From contig NC_068993.1 of the NCBI RefSeq assembly GCF_001194135.2, positions 30,269,874-30,333,873 of the forward strand: a stretch of DNA of 64,000 nucleotides. Direction: 5' to 3'. The notes beneath the pieces were generated by a model that saw only the letters and a list, made by a program, of their open reading frames with translations, was not told the origin of the DNA and ran no database searches. Below are positions 38,880 through 51,939 of this stretch, in pieces. The first letter of the stretch is position 1. Each line of letters starts with the position of its first letter. This stretch comes from Octopus bimaculoides (taxonomy: Eukaryota). A program made the translations under genes and the position numbers.

Positions 38880-39990
38880 CTATCGTTCTTACATTTTTAT
38901 ATCACTTTTGCTATGTCTTTATATTACAGTAATTTCTCCATTTCTTTTGATGATTTTTGTTTTACAATAATATCTGGATGATTATCCTTACTCGCTTTGT
39001 GTGCGTAAATTTCTACGTTCCTGAATATTCAGTTTTTCAACATGTGAAACAGTTTGCGTCTTTCATCTACACATACATCATGATATTGATATACTCCTAT
39101 CTCTATTGAATTCGATTCTACCCTAGTTGTTCGCTAATACAGTGTAACTACAAATCCTGTAACTAGTACTCCACAGTTTCGAGAAATACAGTTACATTTT
39201 GTATTCTATCTCTGTGTATATGTATCGGTCATCTCTGGCAGCAGGACTTTGAATTTTGAGTCTTGACTTTCTAAAGTTTGTTTATCTATCCACTTTCTAG
39301 GGATTTTGTCGTGTATTTTCCATACAAAGCATTTTCTTGCCAACATTTTAGCAAGGTATTTTGTAGTCAGTTTTGAAATTTAGGATGCAGTTAACTAAAA
39401 ATACTTTCTGGTTGTTTCTCTGCAATCCATACAGCAATGTCTCTGATTTTGACCTGTCTTTTCATACTCTATAGAATTATTCGAATTAGTCTCCCTTCAA
39501 TTTTCACTCTATATTTTGTAGTCCTATTCTAGTTATTTTATAACAGTTTTCTAGTTGTAGACGTCCTCTCTCTCCCTGTGTTCGTAGATTATATAATCAG
39601 TGACGAGTTTCTGTATTCTAAATGTGGCTATTGCTATTCTTTTTATTTTATGAAGGGCTCTTAATTTATTCAGATTCCTGTTGAGAAAATTGGTAAATAT
39701 TTTGGCTACAATGATAATATTGCTGCTTATTGCTTTAATAGTGATATTTATGTCAATCTGAGCATTTAATCGTAGGCTTTTACATTATTCCTTCCTGACA
39801 TTTTCTCTCCATTTTGGGTGAGTAGAATTAGTTCATTAATTCCTAATTATTTGTGAGTTTGTTCTCTGTATTATCTCTACGTAACGTTTTTTCGTAACGT
39901 TTTTCATATCATGTTCACGATTTTTTCCCGAGCCAAATTTCATTAAAATGTCTCGATTGGATAAATGCCGCGTAGGCAGCAGCAATCACA
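38880..39990 (-). mobile_element. Highly decayed R4-like RLE LINE
   Basis: Minus-strand remnants LGINE, GRLQLENCYKITRIGLQ, WQENALYGKY, QTVSHV and HPDIIV, homologous to 57962-58364. Confidence 0.6.
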
Positions 39991-40087
39991 GTTTTTGCAT
40001 CTACAATATACATACTTTAGACAGAAGTTAATTGTCGTCCCGTTGCATAAATAGGTAATTTTCATCCTCAAATATGTGATGCTGATT

Positions 40088-40413
<326 letters not shown>

Positions 40414-40849
40414 AATGGAGGGAGAAAGGAAGACTGTCAAAAGACGCTTGTTAATCAAGTCATGCCATGTATCTTTCTCTTATATTCTTCGGTTATGTAG
40501 TTGATTGCTCACTGATTTTTACATGCATGTAACTCTTAGAGGTATCCTGTATGTTCTTCCAAATACAATCTTTTACTTCTTCGTGAGCAATTATTCTTTG
40601 CAACGATAATGCTGTTATGGTTAATATTCTGTAGGCAGGTTTATTAGCCTGCAGTTCTGCGTGTGCGTAAGTGTGTGAGAAAGGGGATAATGTTTTGTTA
40701 GTTTAGGGAATTAAGGTGCTTTGCCTCTTGGTGAAGCCTTCCAGTGTTATCTCAGGATTTTCAGTAGCTTGTGGAATATTTCTGAAAACATGTGTTGAAT
40801 GCATATCAATTTAGTCAAAATTTGATATTTTGACTTTTATTATTTATGC

Positions 40850-41055
40850 CTGGCAGAATCGTTTAGCACGCCGGGAAAAATACTTAGGGGGCATTTCGTC
40901 CGTCTTTACGTTCTGATTTCAAATTCGACCGGAGTCGACTTTGCCTTTCATTCTTTCGTGGTCGAGAAAATAAGTACCAGTTGCGGACTAGGGGTGATGT
41001 AATCGACTAGCCCTTTCCCCCAAATTTCAGGTCGTGTACCTATAAAGAAAGAATT
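40850..41055 (+). mobile_element. SINE family B
   Basis: ctggcagaatcgtttagcacgccggg..ctgatttcaaattc..gtaccagttg..cccaaatttcagg. Confidence 0.85.
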
Positions 41056-42317
41056 ATATGTCTATTTATAACGCGATTGTTGACTAATATTGTCATTAAT
41101 TAAATATTTATGACTTTCCACTGTATTTCTCACTAGTACAGTGACAGGGGAGTGTCTGTGACCTTTTATAGAACGCAAATCTGAAAATACTTCGTTAGAA
41201 AAGAACCAGTTGTTTTTTCCTGCTTGTGTTCTTTTGTTTTTCTTTACAACAGTACTCTTCCACAGATATACATCTACAGATATACACCTATTCAAAGACA
41301 GACATTAGCAATTCATCAAGCTGTGTGTCTTTTGACTTCATTATGTATTTTAGAGGAGATTGACATTTTTAACTGAAACTCCGTATGCACATTAAACTCA
41401 ATTAGATACACTGGACACTTGAAAGCAGCTCAGGATTCACCATATTCTGTTTACGAAAAGTTTGTAGAATAAAACAATAGAGTAGTTTAAGATTTGTCCG
41501 ATAACACACGCACTATCGACTAAAACTTGGCTTTACTCTGACGTACACTACATAGGGACATCGCAGACGTAAATAGATACCATAATTTTTGAAAGATTTA
41601 CTTCTTTATATTTGCTTCAATGAGCAGAATGTGTCGAGCAGTATTACAGCAAATAGGAGAAATTATTCTCTTATGACATACACTATATCGATCAGTATAT
41701 TTTGCATCTGAACCTTCCCTGATGTACTAACAATAAAAATTAGAAAACATTCATTCCAGACTTCGCTGCACCAGGTGTAAATAACGATATTATTTTATCA
41801 GTTGGCAAATATAAACATCGATCAGCAAACAATAATTTCACTGAATGTGAAAACAAAGCCAGCATCTGGTTGACGAAACACATGTCCAAATAGCAGTGTC
41901 CCAGAATGCTGTGCACCAATGTGCCAAGTGTGTCCTCGTAAAAGAGAGAAATTTTCTCCTAGAGTATTTTCTGTTCGTGACTAAGAGTTGTCTTGACTCT
42001 TATTTCTAGCAATGCTGGGTCTGACTTGCACATTTTAGTCACTTTTAGTGACACTTTATGTATACACATACACACATACACACGCACACATGCATATATA
42101 TATATATATATATATATATANNNNNNNNNNNNNNNNNNNNNNNNNNNNNNNNNNNNNNNNNNNNNNNNNNNNNNNNNNNNNNNNNNNNNNNNNNNNNNNN
42201 NNNNNNNNNNNNNNNNNNNNNNNNNNNNNNNNNNNNNNNNNNNNNNNNNNNNNNNNNNNNNNNNNNNNNNNNNNNNNNNNNNNNNNNNNNNNNNNNNNNN
42301 NNNNNNNNNNNNNNNNC

Positions 42318-43712
42318 TGCCCTCATCTGCACCTCCTGCCGCGAAGTTGGTTCATCTGGGACACCTGGCAGGAAGAGGTCCAGCCTCATCTTGAAGACAC
42401 CTACATCCACCCCATGCAAGTCTCTCAGGTCCTTCGGGAGGATATTGAAGAGCTGTGGACCTCCGAGGTCCAGGCTATTGCAGTATCTTGTCCTACATCT
42501 TGATGGCAAATTTGGAGTCCTTGACACTATGCAATGGCGTCCAGTTCTTTTATTTGTGTAACTTTCGATGCCAAAGTTTGGGACAATTCCTTCAAGGATC
42601 TTCCAGATGTATATTATGGCATATCTTTCTCCCCTACGCTCTAAGGAATAGAGTCTTAATCTCTTGAGTCTTTCCTAATAGCTTATATGCTGCATAGAGG
42701 CTATCTTCTTCGTGTAGCTTCGTTGGATTGCCTCAAGTTCTGAGATTAATTTGACACTGGTTGGTGACCATAGCTGAGAGCAATAGTCAAAGTGGCTTAA
42801 AACAAGTGTCCTCCAAAGCACCATCATGGTTTCTTGATCTCTTGTTCTAAAAGTTCCAAGAATCCATCCGGTCAGTCGCCTGCATTTCATTGACAATTTA
42901 GCAACATGAACATGAAAGGATGCATTATTACTCATGTAAATGCCCAGGTCTCGCACTGACTGTGCCTCTGGGATTGCAGTCCTTCCAGGTCCAGTGTATT
43001 TAATGGCTACTGCATTTAGTCTTGCATGCTGATAGCACAAGGCTTGAAACTTTTCAGCATTAAACTGCATGTTATTCTTTTCAGCCCACTTGTATATAGT
43101 TCACATTGCAGGTGCATAATGTCTTCAGGGTTCTGTATTACCTGTGAGACTTTTGTATCATCTGCATAACTTGTGATCGTGGCTCTCTGTGTGGCTGAGG
43201 GCATGTCTGAGAGGGCCATTATGAACAGTATTGGTCCCAAAACAGTGCCTTGCGGAACACCGCTCACTATTTGCGTGTCATTGGAAGTGGCCCCATTGGC
43301 TACTACCACCTGACTTCTATCCTTCAGAAAGTCAAGAAGCCACTCTCCCAATTTTCCAACTATGCCGAGATCACGCAGTTTGTGACATATCATTCCATGG
43401 TCGACTTTATCAAAGGCCTTTGCAAAGTCGAGATATATCACTTCCACATTTGAGTGGTTAAGTAGCTGTTTCAGCACCCAGTCATATTGTTGTAAGGGCT
43501 GAGTCAGGTAGCTTCTTCCTGGTCGGAAACCATGTTGGGTGTCAGGCAGCAAGTCATTTTCTTCAAGGAAGGCGATTAGTTTTCTTCTGACTATTCGTTC
43601 GATGACCTTGCTGATGTGCAAGGTCAGAGAGATAAGTCTGTAGTTCTTGGCCTCCGCTCTGCTACCTCCTTTATGAATAGGGCATATTTTACCCTCCTTC
43701 AGTTTCCTTTAA
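42318..43712 (-). mobile_element. 5'-truncated CR1/L2-group LINE ORF2 (RT and C-terminus)
   Basis: NYRLISLT, QHGFRPGRS, YLDFAKAFDKVDH, GVPQGTVLGP, YADD, VRDLG, DYCSQLW, LERRR; few lesions. Confidence 0.92.
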
Positions 43713-45511
43713 CCTCTTTCAGTTTCCACTCAGAAGCTACCAAGGGAGAAATTTAAACAATGTTCCACACCGTGGAACTAAACTCAAGATTGCGAACTAA
43801 ACATCTTTATCAAACAGTGAAACCTCCTTTTATTTTTGGGTATTTTCCAATAATTCTTATGCTGCAGCATTCAATTTTTGATTTGATTTCTTATACCTTC
43901 CTACCATTCTATTGTTTTGTTTGTTGCTTTATAAACATTGTCCTCTGTAGCGAGTGTGCCAACAACTGTTCCCAGTACTAACACTTCCTTTGCCATTTGT
44001 ACTGCAACGGTTTCAATTTTATTTCATCTTTTTCTTGGAAAAAACTTTTTTAGTCGAAGATAAAGTATTTGTTTATTTTATTCAAAGAATCTTTGTCGCT
44101 ATTCATATTGACGAATTCTTTAAGATTTAGTGAGGTTCTTTTTGCATCAAACGCTCTTTGATTTCGGGCAATTCTTTTTATTTTACTATTTTTAATATAT
44201 TTTTGAATTACTTTTGTCTTTTCATTTATTTTTCATTTGCGTCGTTTTCGCTGTTGATCTCATTAAGGATTGAGAATTGTCTTCTTTTATCTTTCTTTTT
44301 GCTTTCTCTGCGTGTTTTCCGTGTGGTTTGCTTTGGTTTAGATGTTTCTGTACGAAGGAGATTATCGATTTTAATTATATAACTATTTCCCCCTTTATTG
44401 TCAGATTCAATATTTTCAGTTTTATATCTTAGATCTTTTCCCATATTAACCTGTGTTCATATTTTTGTTGGTGTAGTTATGGTTCGACTACTGGTGGTCA
44501 ATAATCTATAACTATGCCTGGATTTTATCATTATTTCTTTTGTAAATTTTGCTTTACTAGGTTTATTTTCCAGATTTATGCTCTCATTTTTCTCTCTTCC
44601 TATGTTTGGTATTCTGTTTTTTTGTCATCATTTATAGGTTCATTGCGTGTTGTATTTGTATATGTGATATCTTTTCACTTTTAAGTGTATATCATCTTAA
44701 ATTTGCTATTGTGTTAGTCCCCAAATTTCTCCAACATCAATATTATTACCTCTTTCGATATACAAGTATGTTGTGCCATTACTGTTTTAAGAATGGCGTA
44801 TTGCTGTAATTATTATTTTTGAAGTTTTTAACTCCAGGATAGTCCTGCTCGATCAGGCCTGATTATAGGTGTTCCAGCCAGGATCATATGGTCATTCTGT
44901 ATTCTATTATTACATTCTTCAATATGCACTCCGTTTAATAAGATTATAGGATCTTGTAGATCTCCTGTCTGCATAGTTTCATCATTGAAACGAGAGTGAA
45001 ACTGAAAAATATGCATGTAGCATGAAGTCCCATTCACCTCGGAATTACATACCAATAGATATGCTGCTATCTAGCACGGGGTTGACGATTGTCGAGCAAC
45101 TTATAACAGAAGAAATTTAATACATAGCTAAACGCAGTACCAAGACGACGTTATACAGCATGAACTTTATAAGACACTATGATGAAGATTGAAGGAAATT
45201 TAGCTGCTCATTCTACCAGATCGTGTAATCACATAAAAACTCCATCAAAACTCTGAAGTAGTCGACGTCTCTAGATATTCAAAGCGATGCTGTTCTTTCG
45301 ATTATATTATCTGTCAACTTTATATTTCAGCCATCGATAAAATAAGGACTGCAATCAATATAGTCAGCTTTTTCCCTAATCTGAATTGTGTTATTAACTT
45401 TGTTAATCATTATTTATATTTCCTTATGCACACTGACAATTATCTTTTGATATTACATACACAAGCTAAAGGCTTTGGTAAAGACTTTGGTAACTGTTCT
45501 ACACACACACA

Positions 45512-45558
<47 letters not shown>

Positions 45559-45723
45559 GGGAACTCACTGACTCACTCACTGACTCACTCACTCACACGC
45601 GTACACACATGGATGCATGAATTTTCCTATATGGAACGTATCTACATAATCAGACTTCATCAATATTGTCGATCGTTTGATGTACTCAACAATGTCTAAT
45701 CTTTTTTATATATTCTTTTGCAG

Positions 45724-45788
45724 CTCTGATTTCCTTCAAACACTTATCGAAGCATACGACAGCAGTATTCCTCCAGGATTTGACCAAG
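45724..45788 (+). CDS. Cys-loop ligand-gated ion channel, glycine receptor alpha-like; exon encoding the N-terminal helix (SDFLQTLIEAYDSSIPPGFDQ)
   Basis: ttcttttgcag acceptor, 65-nt exon (phase 2 in, phase 1 out), AAG|GTAAGT donor; peptide resembles GlyR SDFLDKLM..GYDARIRPNF; joins in frame to 56588. Confidence 0.9.
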
Positions 45789-45791
45789 GTA

Positions 45792-45832
<41 letters not shown>

Positions 45833-46984
45833 GAATGTGTGTATATGAGTTTGTGTGTATGTGTCTATGCGTGCATGTATGCACGTATCTTTGTGTCACA
45901 CATACATACACACATGGTGTGTGTATGTATGTGTGTGTAGATTTTTTTTAATATTGATTGCAGTAATATTACAAAGTTTAACGAAGTGATTCGTTTATTG
46001 TTTGTTCTGATATTGACCTACATCTAACAAATTGACAAACAATTTTGATATAATTTGGTACTGGTTTTGATGTTACTGTTTAATCTGAGACTCACCCTGA
46101 ATTAAAACAAAATCTGTGACTAAAGATCTTCAAATCGTTACTATAATATATTTATTTACATACTGAATATTTCTAAACTGTATCATTCACCGTCTTTTTG
46201 CTGGGGAAAGGCTAAGATGTTATTTGGGGGAAATTTTTAATTGGCTAATATTTCTAGCAAGGCGAACACCATAAAGAAGTCTCTTCATAGATATATATTT
46301 TTGTATCTTGTTTGACGCAGGTGTAGTGATTCTTCCTCCACGTAGTATCTAGTTACAAGTTGGAAGAACCTTGGTTGAGAATGGCAGCTCTTCGAAGAGT
46401 GAATGTATTTGTAGGTGTTGTTCTTGAAACGGTTTTAGCAGCGATCAAATAACGCTTTACGAGTTAACTTCTCTTGTTTGTAATTCAAAAATATTTTAAT
46501 GACATTTTTTCCCCGGTGTCTCCATCTTAAAAATAGCTTCTCTTTTCCGAGCACATCAATGAAATGGAAGATGAATTTTTCAATTAAGCTGTTATTTTTT
46601 TCATTGTAAACGACAACATAGGAGTTCTCTAGGGGCTTGATTTAACTGTACGTAGTTCCATTTTGTATTTGTTGTGACGTTTAATTGTAGGTCAGCCCTG
46701 ATCGAGCATACAACTGTTCAAATGCATTCCAGTCGCAACCATGTCCTTTTTAGAGGTATCTAGGAATATATTATCTAATGTGCCCTCACATCTTTGAGGG
46801 CATAATTTGAGGGAGATTTAACTGCTGTATATAACAGTCGAGTGATCACATGCAAGCTTTCTCACTAATTTCGGTTCAGAGTTCGTAGTTCGCTTTGTCA
46901 TGATGGATTCTACAGTTTCAACGTTGCGTATTGAAAACAATGATTTCAATATTATATATTACACATTTAGAGATGGTCTCTTAT

Positions 46985-47225
46985 ATTTTATTCTTTTATT
47001 CTTTTATTTGTCTCGGTCATTTGATTGCGGCGATGCTGGAGCACTGCCTTTAGTCGAGAGATCGACCCCAGGACTTATTCCTTGTAAGCCTAGGACTTAT
47101 TCTATCGGTATCTTTTGCCGAACCGATATGTTACAGGGACGTAAACACACTAGCATCAGTTGTCAAGCAATGCTGGGAGGACAAACACAGACACGCAGAC
47201 ATACCACATGCGCGCGAGTACACAC

Positions 47226-47298
<73 letters not shown>

Positions 47299-47463
47299 GA
47301 CGACTGGCTTCTTTCAGTTTCCGTCTACTAAATCCACTCACAAGGCTTTGGTCGGCCCGAGGCTATAGTAGAAGAAATTTGCCAAAGATGCCACACAGTG
47401 AGACTGGACCCGGGACCATATGGTTGGGAAGCAAGCTTCTTACCACGCAGCCACTCCTGCGCC
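46985..47463 (-). mobile_element. SINE family A, full length, with internal (CA)n/(TA)n
   Basis: Complete head-to-tail reverse-complement match to the family A unit. Confidence 0.9.
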
Positions 47464-47931
47464 TATTTAATCAAGAAAGGGAAATACATCACTCATATTT
47501 AACTGTGTTGCTATCGTGAATATTTCAATCTATTCTTCAATCACTGTGATTATTTGTCAATATCAAGATTCTGAAATTTTCATGTTTCTACATTCAGGCC
47601 TTCTGCTCTGTTTCAAGCCAGTAATATTGCTAATTAACGCAAGACCGAAGCGATTTTTGTCCAACGTATTTGTTAGTCTTCCTATTAATAGGTAGTTTGA
47701 TAACAGAAAAATGACTTAAAGGCAGAATCCATACAAATTCAAACAACTTTCTGTCTACATTGGTTTTGATTAACATATACTTTGAAAGGTGTATATGTTG
47801 ATTATATCAATCGACACACGCATGCCCGCATGCTTGCACGCACGCACGTACACACACACAAATCATCTCAGACTGAATTCGTATGCCAATACATATATAC
47901 ATATTTATAATATCTCCACTTTCTCTCTGCC

Positions 47932-47934
<3 letters not shown>

Positions 47935-47993
<59 letters not shown>

Positions 47994-48001
47994 GATCTAT
48001 A

Positions 48002-48053
<52 letters not shown>

Positions 48054-48055
48054 GA

Positions 48056-48124
<69 letters not shown>

Positions 48125-48125
48125 A
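47935..48125. repeat. (TCTA)n-(TA)n microsatellite
   Basis: Directly visible. Confidence 0.95.
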
Positions 48126-48394
48126 TAGACAATTCGAGGATGCCAGGTCCTCATTGGGGATTAGATAATCCAAACATTTCATTGGTTAATCAGTATCATA
48201 TAAGGAGAAAGTCTCGACTATACGTTAAAGATTATTATAGTAATCCATATTGTTAATAATGAAAGAAAGAAAATGGAGAATTATGGATGTATAAATAATT
48301 TATTTGTATGATGTAATGAGATTGAAAATTTTTATTAAAAACAATACAAATAAATTATAAATCATAAAACTCTAAAAGAAATGACAGAGGCAAA

Positions 48395-48501
48395 AAATCT
48401 ACATATATGTTTCGATTCATACCAAGAGTGATTCGTAATTCTAAGTATTTGGGTAGGGTCATCCTTATCAACTATATAGGGTAGAATCTCATCAGGGATT
48501 T
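48395..48501 (-). ncRNA. Type I hammerhead ribozyme with expanded stem II
   Basis: Minus strand: aaatcc-CTGATGA-gattctacc(56 nt)ggtatgaatc-GAAA-catatatg-TA-gattt; core intact, G10.1-C11.1, GUA site, one bulge in stem I. Confidence 0.75.
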
Positions 48502-49079
48502 ATGAGCTTATACTACAAAGTTTAACATATTTCCTGAAAGGATGCAGACGATTTACTTATAAGTTTAAGAAGTTAGATCATATATATTATGCATATGTAT
48601 TTAACTAGTGAATTATAGATGTAAGTAAAAGTAAAATAAAATAAAAATAACATACAAATAAAGGTAAAGAAGATATAAAATAAAAATTAAAGAAAAATAT
48701 AAATGTATGCAAAATAGTATATAAATTTAAATAAAAGGAAAGAACAATACTTAAATATGCAAGGGCAGAATCATATGACAAAATAAATGACGGATAAGTT
48801 AGATAGTAAAAAATATTATTAGTCAACCGTTATAGGTGAATTATTTTAATTGGTTTAGTACTAGATACAGTTCAGGAAATCAATGGATGCCTACTGTTCA
48901 CATCATATTGTGTCATATTTATAGTCAAGTATAGACAAAAGTTTTAAAAATCTGACGGTTAAGATATGTATCTTGAAAGCCTTACATGTAAACCCTTTGT
49001 CGTAAATATATAAAACATATATTTTCATAGTCATGTCTTTATATATTCGTGTATATATATATATATATATATATACTTC

Positions 49080-49190
49080 AATAGCGTGATCAGGATGAAT
49101 TATCCATACATTGCAGAAAAATACGTTACCTGCCTGGCCGGTAACGTATTTTTCTGCAATGTATGGATAATTCATCCTGACCACGCTATT
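49080..49190. repeat. Near-perfect 51-bp inverted repeat with 9-nt loop
   Basis: 49080-49130 pairs with 49140-49190 with one mismatch. Confidence 0.95.
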
Positions 49191-49369
49191 TATTAGCATT
49201 ATCATGCGTTTGAGAATAGAAAAAAATTATTTCTGTATCTTTCAATACATCTCAACGCTTCTACAACAAACTTTGTTTACTTTCATCGTAAGTTGAATTT
49301 ATACTTCAATATATATGCGTGCATATTTACACATATACACACATATGCGTATACTTACACACACGCACA

Positions 49370-49437
<68 letters not shown>

Positions 49438-50519
49438 CTCACACTCAAAAAAATATGTATTTATTAAATTCATTTTCATTTATTTATTATCAGATAGGTT
49501 AAGTTGTTAGAGTTATGTTATAGGAAATTTAATAACTAGAATTGATCAGTTCAGATGTCAAATAAAAAGAGAAGTTGAATGAGGAAGTAAAGAGATAAAG
49601 AATAAAATATAACATAATGAAATAAAATTTAGCAGATATGGGAGCTTATATTGCGTATTTGTTATAATGTACCGTAATGTGTTTGTAATTATTAATGGTT
49701 AATGTTTACCCGCTCGGAAAAACCGACTTTTTAAAAAACTAAAAAAATTCAGCGGATTATTGTTTTCGATGACGGAGATTCCGAATATGCCAAAAACAAT
49801 GTTTTAAAATTTTAAATTGCCCCCTCTTCACTCCAATTTTAAAAATTCGAATCTTTTTTTCAGTCTACGAAGGAAAATATGGAGATTAGGAATATGGAAA
49901 AAAAATTAATTTCAAATTTTCTATGAGAAAACTCCAAAATTGATTCATACACCCCCGCCACTACATCACGCTGTCTAAATGTGAAAGTGAACGGCTGTAG
50001 ATATATAGTGAAGCAGCAAAAAGATTACGGCTTGTGTGTTTGTGAACGAATGAACAGAGAAAGTACACGACGTATATGACATACCTGTCATATACGTCGG
50101 TTTTGCTTTTTCACTTTAAAGGTAAACGTTCCTGATAGAAGCAAACACGATATTCAATAATATGTTTGTGTTCTTCACTCAGAAAGAATAAAATATTCAT
50201 GGGACTTCATCCATGTGCATCCGCGTGCAGGTGTGTGGGGGTGTAGTAGTGCGCAAGAAAAACATTTCCGGAAATGTATTGATAAAAATTCTTTGAAAAT
50301 AAGTTATCTTTATATGCCGTATTAGCAATTCTCCACATAAATGAAAGAAGAATGGGTATTAAATGCTCGTTCAGTGAATTTACGGAATTTACTGAACGCC
50401 GTCGCCTTCAAGTACAAAACGAAAGATTGCCCTACAAATACTACACTACAAATGAAAGAATCACGATTCACACTAATATTTCATTTACACCCTTGAATTT
50501 GAAGACTTGATATAACAAC

Positions 50520-51462
50520 ATGGCTCTTTGCAACTTTTGCAATGTCAGTCTATATGAAGCCATACTCCATTTCCACGGGAATAATGATGCCTCTATTGCA
50601 TTTTTAGGTTAACATGGCCACCTGCCGCGTACTTGAGATTATCCGAACTGCAATACCCCGTGTATTTTGCGGCAAGGGACAGACATATGGCGCTGCGTAA
50701 GGTGATGCGATGAAGTGGACGGTCAAGAAGGGAATGCGGATACTTCATATCTACATTTAAGGACACCTTCTAGAAGGCGTCCATCTTCCGCATTGGAAAG
50801 GTTTGCTTTTTCCGAACCACTTCCTCGGCGCAGCTTCGTTGTCACACAAATCAGTAGAGGAAAACCTTGGATTCTGCCGTGAAACTTCCGTAGATTAGCT
50901 GTCTTTCTGTTCGGAGGCCTGCCAGTTTTGGGCAGAAAACCACCAGACTGTTATAGGAGGACCTGGAGTTGAAATTGACGAAGCGGTTTTGGTCCGTCGG
51001 AAATACCAACGCGGCGGGATTGTAAAAACGGTTTTGCTTTTTGGCGGACTAGAACAGTTAAGTAAGAAGGCATTCGTGGTTCCACTGTTAGACGAATGTG
51101 GTGAGGCCGACAGACGAGATGCTAGGACTCTGACTGCACTAATTAACCGTTACACCGGCAGGGGGTCAATAATTTATAGCGACTGTTGGCGTACCTACAG
51201 TAACCTCAACAACCTGGGCTATACGCACTATCAAGTGAACCATAGCCAGCATTTTCTTGATCCTGTTAACCCATCTGTTCATACTCAAAATATTGAGAGT
51301 TTATGGGGAAGACTCAAGAAGAGAATTATTCGACCAGGAATGAGGCCTGAGTATCTGAAGCAGTACGTCGCTCGGTTACTTTTCTTACGGGCTGTCTCAC
51401 CACCGACCCAGCGACTTCATAAGTTGTTTTTGGAGGCTGCAACATTATATCCAGGTTCCTGA
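50520..51462 (+). mobile_element. Merlin (IS1016/IS1595-like) DDE transposase, 5' part disrupted
   Basis: GVEIDEAVLVRRKYQRG, IIYSDCWRTY, HYQVNHSQHFLDP..VHTQNIESLWGRLK; TIRs not located. Confidence 0.88.
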
Positions 51463-51939
51463 AGACACGGAAGACTATACACAAAAATTATTTAATTACA
51501 ATCTTTAAAAACACATATAACACATTTATTTCCAGTTAACAGAAACAACACAACACCACACTTTTTCATAATACACGTCTATAAAGCATATTCATTGGCT
51601 CATACATTATCATTTATTTTCTCTCTTTTTCAATATTTAATGAGCAGAGTGAGTATGTTGTTCTCAAATACGTTAAAACTTTAATTTTAATATGTTATTT
51701 TTATATATTACGAAAAAAATAAAATTGAAAAATTGAATATCATACATATGTTAGAAATAAGTATATTTAGGCAAGATATTACATATTTTATATTGTATAA
51801 AATTATAGATATAAATGCTGGTTCTAATAAGGATCTAATTAATTCAGTTTCAAATTTAGTAAAAATATTTATGGGGAATAAAGAACCTAACATTTAGTGA
51901 TATTAATAAATAAAAAAATGATTAATGATATTTATAAAA

